Shown here in pieces: positions 55,957-64,000 of a stretch of 64,000 nt of DNA. Every line of letters begins with the position of its first letter. The first letter of the stretch is position 1. The stretch is from Schizochytrium sp. TIO01. Taxonomy: Eukaryota > Protista > Bigyra: Labyrinthulomycetes. The stretch is from assembly GCA_004764695.1 (NCBI GenBank), contig SMSO01000034.1, positions 1,240,001 to 1,304,000 on the forward strand, read 5' to 3'. Under the pieces are notes generated by a model. That model was not told the DNA's origin. It saw nothing but the letters and a program-made list of their open reading frames with translations, and made no database searches. The position numbers were made by a program, and so were the translations under genes.

Positions 55957-56047
55957 ACCCTAACCCTGCCGCGGAGGTCCGGGACTAGTTTCGGAATTCC
56001 GGGATAGTGCAATCGGCGATGTCGCCGGAATTCCGGGAGAGGGTTAA
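55957..56047. promoter_or_regulatory. RPL14 upstream motifs: telo-box-like ACCCTAACCCT and twin CGGAATTCCGGGA
   Basis: Motifs at 55957, 55992 and 56026; AGGGTTA at 56040. Confidence 0.4.
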
Positions 56048-57601
56048 ATGGGTTGTGCAACGATAGGCGACTGGGAAAACTTGTAGCACTACGTAGGCGG
56101 CTGTTAGGTATTACACTACCACTATTGCCGTGAGCGAAATATGTGTTGATATTATGGTAGTTGGTAATAGAAGGTGGCTTTGACTTGCAAAAGGATTTAT
56201 AGTTAGTTACCACTGAGGTTTGTGAGAGTGTTTGGTGTTTAGAAACCTCATTTTAACGACTAGCTAGCTACAACTGTTCTTCAGGTACCTACAATTACAC
56301 GTCAAAGCATATCAAGGGATGAACACTCGAGCGTATTAGTAGGTACCTAGTAAAGCCCTCCATGATTTCAAGATGATGCGTAATTCTAATACAAACAAGA
56401 TTTCGGGGCGACAAGATATTTATTGCATGGAAAGAAATTCTATACCAATCGATAGGGAAGCAGAGATCACAAGAGATATAAGGAGAGAGAGAGATACATT
56501 AACATCAAAAGTAAAACGCAGTCTGATTATGATTACTTTCGCTTTCACGCCAATCTATCGAGATTTAGTCTAGTTGCATCTAATTTGGTAGCAGATGATA
56601 GTATATGGAAGTCATATTTCTAAATTGATCCTTGAACTCTTCCTGAGAGGGAGTAGCTCTATGTGCTCCACGGTTATCGTTTCATGCCTGTACGTTCAAA
56701 ATACTGGACATCGACTTTTTTTCTTTTTGAAAGAGAGGAAGACCATATGCCCAAGGTAATTAGAAATAGTATCATTTCTTGTCGGCAATTTGTAATCCTT
56801 TTATGTGGATTTATCTTCTTTTATCGTGGATGCAATGTAAAATTTGCTCAGGAAACGACGGATTATTGTTGTCTTGTTGTCGACAAATATTTGGTTTGTG
56901 CAACCAATTTTATCTCGTGTGGAAAACCAGATTTTGCTACCTGCAAATTTCAAACAAAGAGGATAATCTCAAACATAGGTTTGCCGTAATATGCGTGCCA
57001 CAGCAAGTGGAGTGGTTAAATCTATTGTACTCAGCTTCGTACTTGTCGTTATTGCTCATCAAAGTGTACGTAAGTCAATGCGTCTATTTCAGAAGCCCCA
57101 GTAGCTGGGTCAGAGAAGCTGTTTAAACAGCTACCTACACCGATATTTCAAATAAAGCGTAAAGATTTAATGTAGACATTGTGTTGTTCGTGTTGAAGAC
57201 GAGGTGTTTTCTCTCATAAATATTCTTAAAGATGCAATTCAATCCTCGAAGAGATCGTTGCTCAACTGACAACTAGACAAGTGGTCTTTCTGAACTGATG
57301 AGTTTCAGAACGCACATGTAAACGTTGACAGCTTTTCAGTCTATTTCATTGTAAGTTGTATCTCATATTACATCATAGTTTATGGTGACTTCCAAGTCTA
57401 CTTAAAATTTGAAAAGCAACTATTGTGTTGAGTAGGCCTGGCAGGAGTGTCGTCTATCTACACACGCTGTTGGAGATATGAAAAAGCAATTGACTGCGTG
57501 TGGGCTAGCAAAACAAAAGAATCAGATTTTCTCTATACGTATATTTCTCACCTTTCAAATTATCTGAAATTTGGAGGGGTGAAAAGGTGTTGAGCAAGGC
57601 G

Positions 57602-59506
57602 CTAATGTAGCTCAGAACTAATTTCGTCGTACAAAGGTTCGGTGGAGGAGCTTCCAATATTTACATTGGAGTTTTCACCATTTTCATAATACTCTACTCC
57701 AAGTAATCCATCGGATGTCCAGTCAATATTCAGTTTGCTGCCCACATCAGCTACGCAGTAAAAATCTGTATTAAGGCTCCCATCTGCAAACGTGTACAGC
57801 CATTCCCACACACAGCCTTGTGTGTTCGTGCAAGAAGCTTGACTAGTTTTGCTGATGCACTTTGAACCCTTTGTAATTAACTTTCTATACTCTGTATGCC
57901 GCGTTTCATTTGTGCGAACCGTATATGCTACGCCCCAAACATTGGTAGAACCTCGCTGTAAGGTAGTGCACGGTTTGTATCGTGCCTTGTTTTTGTTTCC
58001 ATCACAAATTGTCATAACGCTAATTGCTCGACCAGAGCGGGTTTCATCATACGTAGAATTCAATAGAGGTGTCAGAGATCTTCCATCTAAGTCGAGAGAA
58101 TCTAGCGACAAGCTAGCAAAATCTGCGATCGTAGGAAAAATATCTACAAGTTCAACCACCTGAGATCTTTGACTACCTGGAATGTAATTAGCATACCGGT
58201 TCTTTGGCGGTTTTACCAGTAAGGGTACGTGAAGACTAGCATCCTCCAAAGTCCACTTTCCAAAATGGTCAAAGTCATCAGATAAATGCAGGCCATGGTC
58301 AGACGCGAGGATAATTGCCGTGTCCTCAAACTGATTTGTGTCATGCAGTGTATCCAGAAGCTGCCCCACCATGTGGTCAGCATAGTGCACAGCTGAGAGA
58401 TAACTGTTAATCGCGGTTCGAGTAATTCGTGCTGATTTCATTGCTGTGTCTGACCATGTTGTTTTTGCAATCGGGGGCACCTTTTTCTTTAGAATACGGT
58501 TCCAGTCATACGAAATGTTTTCTTCTACGATCCATTCAGGCACACGGTAGTCTGAATGCGGACGAATAAATCCAACTGACATGAACCAAGGCTGAGTCTC
58601 ATTCTGCCACGCGTGAATCCAATCCTGAGCTACACCCAATGTCAAATAATCACGGCAGGCATCAGAACTATATGTTGATTGCTCAATGCAAGTGCACATT
58701 TGAAATCTAGACTTGCATACATTGAATGGCCACCCGACGTTTAAGTCAGGATTCGCAGTTATATCTGTCTCATTGAACCACTCACTTGGATAAAAACTAG
58801 CTTTAGTGTGAAACACTTTGCCGGCAATTGCTGTTCGATACCCTCGACTACGAAGATAAGGGTGAATAAAAGGTAACGTGCGGAAATCAGGGGAATGCAT
58901 GTCTGCAAATACTTCTCCGGACTTATGCGGATACCTTCCACCCAAAATTGAGGTTCGGCTTGGTCCGCACTGAGGATATTGAGAATATGCATTCGTGAAT
59001 TCGGTTGCGTTCGCACGAAAAGCATCCACGTTTGGGGTCAAACCATCAATCTTCACGTCTCGCCAGTCATCAACCATCACAAATAGTATGTTTGGGTTTT
59101 TAACACTTTTCTCAAGAGCTGAAAAGTTGCTACTCGGAGCAAATCTGGAATCTGCACTTGGTGACGAGGTTGGTGCTTGAGAAACTGATGTGCATGATTC
59201 TAATTCTTCATCCCAGGTACAGCTTGGCCAAAGCATGCATTTGTTTGAATCATTGCTTAAATCTGTGCAATTGGGGGCAGATTGCTCCATGCAATGCCGA
59301 GCACTTCCTTTGAATGGCCGCTCCCAATTACAAAGAGGCCTACGCTTGTTGCATGATCTTTTTCCGGAATAGTCACTACAATCTACAGGATCCGAACTAG
59401 AGGAACCAAGCGTGGTATCTACTCTGAAATAAAAGGTCAATATTACAAGTATCAATGCTACACTCTTATTTGTCGTCATTCTTCTGCGCACAGTATGCTT
59501 CGACAT
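57602..59506 (-). CDS. Secreted formylglycine-dependent sulfatase (iduronate-2-sulfatase-like) with Cys-rich repeats
   Basis: Signal peptide, PNILFVMVDD, CGPSRTSILGGRYP, GKVFH, GFIRPH, SDHG, VELVDIFPT and LDGRSL. Confidence 0.9.
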   Translation of the reverse strand: MSKHTVRRRMTTNKSVALILVILTFYFRVDTTLGSSSSDPVDCSDYSGKRSCNKRRPLCNWERPFKGSARHCMEQSAPNCTDLSNDSNKCMLWPSCTWDEELESCTSVSQAPTSSPSADSRFAPSSNFSALEKSVKNPNILFVMVDDWRDVKIDGLTPNVDAFRANATEFTNAYSQYPQCGPSRTSILGGRYPHKSGEVFADMHSPDFRTLPFIHPYLRSRGYRTAIAGKVFHTKASFYPSEWFNETDITANPDLNVGWPFNVCKSRFQMCTCIEQSTYSSDACRDYLTLGVAQDWIHAWQNETQPWFMSVGFIRPHSDYRVPEWIVEENISYDWNRILKKKVPPIAKTTWSDTAMKSARITRTAINSYLSAVHYADHMVGQLLDTLHDTNQFEDTAIILASDHGLHLSDDFDHFGKWTLEDASLHVPLLVKPPKNRYANYIPGSQRSQVVELVDIFPTIADFASLSLDSLDLDGRSLTPLLNSTYDETRSGRAISVMTICDGNKNKARYKPCTTLQRGSTNVWGVAYTVRTNETRHTEYRKLITKGSKCISKTSQASCTNTQGCVWEWLYTFADGSLNTDFYCVADVGSKLNIDWTSDGLLGVEYYENGENSNVNIGSSSTEPLYDEISSELH

Positions 59507-60712
59507 CCTTATCTGAGGTTTACTAAGATTGTGTGAATTGTTTTTCTGTTTACGAACTTCGTTGCAACAACCCTGCAGACGCTAGCCACGTTTTGGTTTT
59601 GATTTAGTTGACAAAGTGTAGGGTAATCCAGGCAAGGAATCGATTCGTTGTAGTTATTCGTTTTTTTTTCTCTCGAAGAGAAGAATATATAAGGGGGGAC
59701 CATGGTAGTACAAATTTAACTGTCTAGCGAGTACCCCTGTCATTAAGAGAATAACTATTTTAGATGCCATTAAGAAGGGTAGACAAATCTGTACAATGAA
59801 GGTAGAAACAGACACTCACTCACATACTACCTACCTACCTAACTACTCCTAAGGTAACATACGAAAAATTATTATAACTAAGGTATCATGGCCATGTACT
59901 TTAGTGAATACTACAGCACTACAATAAACGTTATCTCTTGGAATTTGCCGATCAGAGTTTAGTGGTTTCATCCTTCATTCAACGTATTCTAGCAATACAA
60001 AAGAAAACCCATGCGATGCAAGCATGCTCTTGACCAGCCTACTAATATATGCTGAGTGCCAACTTGGTATTCTCAGCACTAGAGCATTACCAATTCAACA
60101 AGAGAATAGCATCTGCAGTGAGTATTGTCCTCCCCATTTCGAAATATTTCAGAGCGTCGAGGTCTAATCTGGAAAATAACATGTAAGCTAGAATTACCAA
60201 CTTGACTGATGTCTAGGTCGTATCTAGCATTAGGCCTAGCATGAAATCCATTGCGAGGAGTTTGCATTGATGAAGATGGAGCTCTTTTCGCTGTATGCTC
60301 ACGCACTACATATTCTTGGCCTCATTAGACTTTAAGGATATGCACTTGAAGATATCAAGTATTGAGTATTACTAAGCAATTGAAACGAAAGCTAATAATT
60401 TCATTATCGATACACACTCAGGCTGACCTAAAATTCTTTTAACACCCAAATTTTGTTTTAGACTTGTTTTATGACAATGATAATACTAAAATAAAATAAA
60501 ACAAAACATGAATGTAATTCCCACCGGCCCAATTTATACGATGGCTACTCTAAAGATACCGAGCACTTCGAATACAGCCTGCCTTGAAGATATTACAGAC
60601 TTTCAAAGTACCTCACTGGATACTTGAGGAGCTTTATGGGAGCGTGTATATTCACTAATTACAACAGGTTTTGTGCAGAAGGTTGGTACTCAAGTCTTCT
60701 ACAAAGTACGAA

Positions 60713-61753
60713 ATGGCAGCATCAAATGCCATGAAGACAATCCGTGCACTGCCGAACGTGCTCAAAGTCTTCCTTGCACTAGGACTATGGCGAGCACTGC
60801 GCCAAATTTGGGCGATAGCCAAATGGGTTCGACAGGAGATACTGGCGTCGAGGTATCCTATCAATTTGCTACAGAGGTATGCAGGAATGAATGCGTGCTG
60901 GGCAGTTGTCCTTGGCGAAAGGGGTCTGTCTGAAGCTATGTGTCATCAACTTGCCCGAAGGGGGTTTCATGTGCTTATTATCGCTGCAGACCAGACTGTG
61001 GGTAGCATTCTTGCTCAAAATCTTCGCACGCAACATGGCATTGAGACAGCCTGCGTGACATGCGATCTTGCCCACGTGGGCCAATCTGATGAGTCCTGCA
61101 AACGGTTGCTTCGAGTTATAGACCAAGCGACCGGTGGAGGAGACATTGGCATGCTTGTCCTCAGTGTTGGAGCTTCAGACTTAGCCATGCATTTCACAGA
61201 CAAGACTCTCCGTGAAAACCGCAAGATGGTTAATATGAGCGTGCTCGGCACCCTTAGCCTCGTGCAAAGTTTCCTACCCATCTTTGTGAGACGACCCTGC
61301 CGCTCTGCTATCATTACCTTTGGCAGTATTACTAGTCGCCTTGGAGGAACACCTGGACTAGCGGTGGCAAGCGGAAATAAGAGTTTTGTGCGAGCCTTTT
61401 CGAGAGCTATTTCGAAGGAATTCGAGGATCATGTCGACGTTCTCTGTGCTCATCCGCTCGGAGTAAAGGAGAGCATTGTGAGAGGGAAGACAATTAGTTG
61501 CTATTTACGGCCATTCCTCGTATCGGCAGATGACTTTGCCAACGGGGTTCTAAGTCACTTGGGACAGACACCCCCCACTCGTGAAACCGCTGGCACCACT
61601 CTTCAAGAAACGATTTCTCGCCTGTGGGCGTATATAGAGCCTTTAGATCTCCATGTCTTACGCTCAGCTGGACGAATTTCAGCACTATCTAAACTCTTGG
61701 ATCGCCCTATAGACAATCGTCCCATTTATACAAAGCTTGTGACAAAACAGTAA
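60713..61753 (+). CDS. SDR of the KCR/HSD17B12 type with degenerate catalytic motifs
   Basis: INLLQRYA..CWAVV, QLARRGFHVLII, DIGMLV, LAVASGNKSFVRAFSRAI..E, VDVLCAHPLGV. Confidence 0.85.
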   Translation: MAASNAMKTIRALPNVLKVFLALGLWRALRQIWAIAKWVRQEILASRYPINLLQRYAGMNACWAVVLGERGLSEAMCHQLARRGFHVLIIAADQTVGSILAQNLRTQHGIETACVTCDLAHVGQSDESCKRLLRVIDQATGGGDIGMLVLSVGASDLAMHFTDKTLRENRKMVNMSVLGTLSLVQSFLPIFVRRPCRSAIITFGSITSRLGGTPGLAVASGNKSFVRAFSRAISKEFEDHVDVLCAHPLGVKESIVRGKTISCYLRPFLVSADDFANGVLSHLGQTPPTRETAGTTLQETISRLWAYIEPLDLHVLRSAGRISALSKLLDRPIDNRPIYTKLVTKQ

Positions 61754-61980
61754 AGAGATTTTAATTGAGACGTTCTTTACTTTACAACCCGTTTATAACT
61801 TCATATCTATATTACCATATATTTGCTATGCATTAGAGGTTTTGATAAACTTAACGCTTCTTGTCTTCTTCTGGTCCAAGACATTTAGTTATACCAGCTA
61901 TGTTTTTAGATTGCGAAAGAACAATGACTAAAAATGTTATTTTTTTTGCCATCGCCTAACCCCCGAGCAAAACCCAGCTT

Positions 61981-63062
61981 CTAGATTGGAAGAAAGTTTA
62001 CTTTGCAGTTTTGCAGACGCGAGGGGCCGAGGAAAAGCCAACGGAGAAGTGAATGGCAGCTCTGCAAAGTGGAAATTCCTCTCTCTACTCCGGAGTTCCC
62101 ACAGGCTAATGGAGAAATGATCGATACAGATATTGCACCACGAAAAAGTCCAAACAAACTCCACAATGAATGTATGATTAATAACCCAAAATAAATCACC
62201 AGAGGAACAAGAAACTGAAAGAAGGGCCATGCGGCGAGCATGCTTATTTTCTACTTTATTTCCTGAGTATAACAAGGGAACTTAGATATTACAAGAAATA
62301 TAGCTCTCAAGCAAGTGACCTGCAGCAGTCTGCGAGGGCAATCCGTGTTAACGACCATCACTGAATTCAATATTGCCTTAAACTGAAGTAGTTACTTTAA
62401 ACTTGCTATCAGCGGGACATCGCCAAAGCAGTGATGTTCAATTTACAGACTGGAAGTACCAGAATCAAAAGCGTGACTTCAACAAGCCAAATTCAGTACT
62501 GCACAAACAGGATTGATCTGGGTTTTGCCCCTTAGTGTAACTGCAAGTAGAGGGGCTCCCAGATGTTGGGCGACACTGTGATTGCATACTAATTCACTTC
62601 TGGCAGGAGCTGTACGGCAAACTATGTCCTTGGTTTCACGGGAGGAAATAGATATTGGTGTTGATGCATTTTTCATCGCTTCCAACGTTACAAAAAAGAC
62701 GAAACTGAGCATTGAGCTGAGTGCTTTGCATTTTGGCCTCTCATGGCTGCGCAGGTATCCGGGGTTTTGTTTTAGGTATGGAGTGAATCTCAAAGATTGC
62801 TTGAAAGGATCTTCATGATGAGGATTAATCTCAGTCTTTGCATTTACGAAGTGTTCATCGCCTCCATCTCCCTGGATGGGACTATGCATGCCTAAGAAAG
62901 ACAACAATACTGCAAACTTACTACCTTGAGCATCTGTAAGCCTCGCAAAATTGTCTTGATCTTCCTCGTAAACCAGAAGAGAGGCCAGAAAAGACTAATT
63001 TACGAAAAAGATCATGGAATACAGAATTAAGAAGTCGAGGCAAGACAGGAACAGAGTGTATC
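61981..63062 (-). pseudogene. Possible decayed membrane-protein gene
   Basis: One minus frame of about 360 codons has only five internal stops and several hydrophobic segments. Confidence 0.3.
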
Positions 63063-63928
63063 TGTCAGCTCAAGCATGCGTAGTTTACTCAGCCCTGTTA
63101 AACTTCTTAAGCTGAAGACATCTTGATCTTCCTCTTAAATTGCTCCTACTTACAGAGTAAAGGCAAGTTAGATGGTGCACGCAACCTTTGCATTCGTTTG
63201 CTGCCTCAATAGGTCTTCCCATTTCTTCAAGGTTTTAAACTGCCTAAAAGAGATGTAACGAATGCAGCAGTCCAATTTTCTAGCCATTTTAAAGTTTCTG
63301 TTGCCTGGAGCCAGAAGAGTTTACTTGAATGATATTTATAAAAAAACAAAAAGAACTTTAGTTGCTCTTTTTTGTTAATAGAAAAAAAAAAAAAGAATAA
63401 TTATACACAATAAATTGAGATTAGCTTTCTGAGGGTCTAGACGCGAGCTCATGCTCTCCTATCGATGCGTCTACTCTTAAGCAAAACATAGGGCAATTCA
63501 AAGCATAGATGACACTCAGCTTTTACTTCCTTCTACCGCTAGGTACCTTTACCTTCCTATCCACGCACTCAATTTCTTCTTATGTAGCAGGCAGTACACG
63601 TCATCAAAGAGACCCTCAGTTTGCTTAAAAGTTCGCACTGTTGATTAATACTTTTAATTCATTCATTCATCCAACATTGCTATTTCTACTTTTACTGTAT
63701 AATTATAATTAAAAGCGTTATTGTGCAAACCCACCCTTTTATCAGCTATTCTCGTTATTGTAATTTACAAAAATGGCATAAAAGTATCAATCAAGTAAAC
63801 AAGTGCGCTAAAGCAATACACAAACGCAATGAACGAAAAGTACGATGTGCGAATTAAAAGTTAATTAACTGCTCCTACCATAGAAAAGAAACATCGTAAT
63901 GAAAGAAAAGGGTGAATGAATCAACGTC

Positions 63929-63952
63929 GAAGAAGAAGAAGAAGAAGAAGAA
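63929..63952. repeat. (GAA)n microsatellite
   Basis: Directly visible. Confidence 0.9.
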
Positions 63953-63973
63953 GTCAGTCAATTGTGCGCAGCA

Positions 63974-64000
63974 ATGGGTGACGATGACAATGGATGGACG
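63974..64000 (+). CDS. Possible start of the next gene (MGDDDNGWT...), truncated by the window
   Basis: gcagcaATGG context after an AT-rich promoter-like region; only 9 codons are visible. Confidence 0.35.

Noticed and set aside
56600-57350. AT-rich coding-like fragments, considered as a viral or pseudogene relic
   Set aside because: Frames switch often and no family motif is recognisable.
1-64000. tRNA, rRNA, TPP riboswitch, SECIS, intact transposon or viral genes
   Set aside because: No convincing signature found by eye; covariance-model searches were not possible.

Overview
Gene-dense eukaryotic nuclear DNA with few introns (GT-AG), microsatellite-rich intergenic gaps and flagellar genes. 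The gene repertoire and style suggest a stramenopile protist, probably a thraustochytrid/labyrinthulomycete (inference, not verified). About 20 protein genes are supported: a 5'-truncated BAZ/ACF1-like chromatin protein (bromo-WSD-PDZ-like-HMG-AP2), Roadblock/LC7, a coiled-coil protein, a TTC9-like TPR protein, WDR60, a DxDDT HAD-like protein, a CoA-type Nudix, a GMC oxidoreductase, an orphan, an M17 leucyl aminopeptidase, TMEM14, a PMP-repeat multi-TM giant, a PAP2 phosphatase, an ARL3-like GTPase, UTP4, a small unknown protein, RPL14, a sulfatase and a KCR-like SDR. Splicing was reconstructed by eye for five genes. No rRNA, tRNA, CRISPR or intact transposon was found. The strongest unexplained signal is 3,032 nt (13048-16079) with no ATG on the + strand, directly upstream of the HAD-like gene. 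It contains a long non-AUG reading frame with one TGA-C and ends in an in-frame CUG in strong Kozak context, so it is a candidate translational-control leader. A second ATG-free leader precedes the PAP2 gene. Other notable items: a probable pseudo-enzyme KCR/SDR, an ARL3-like GTPase with the ARL13-type Q-to-G change, a plant/cyanobacterial-type LAP, and recurrent AGGTACCT/TAGCTA-rich intergenic patches.
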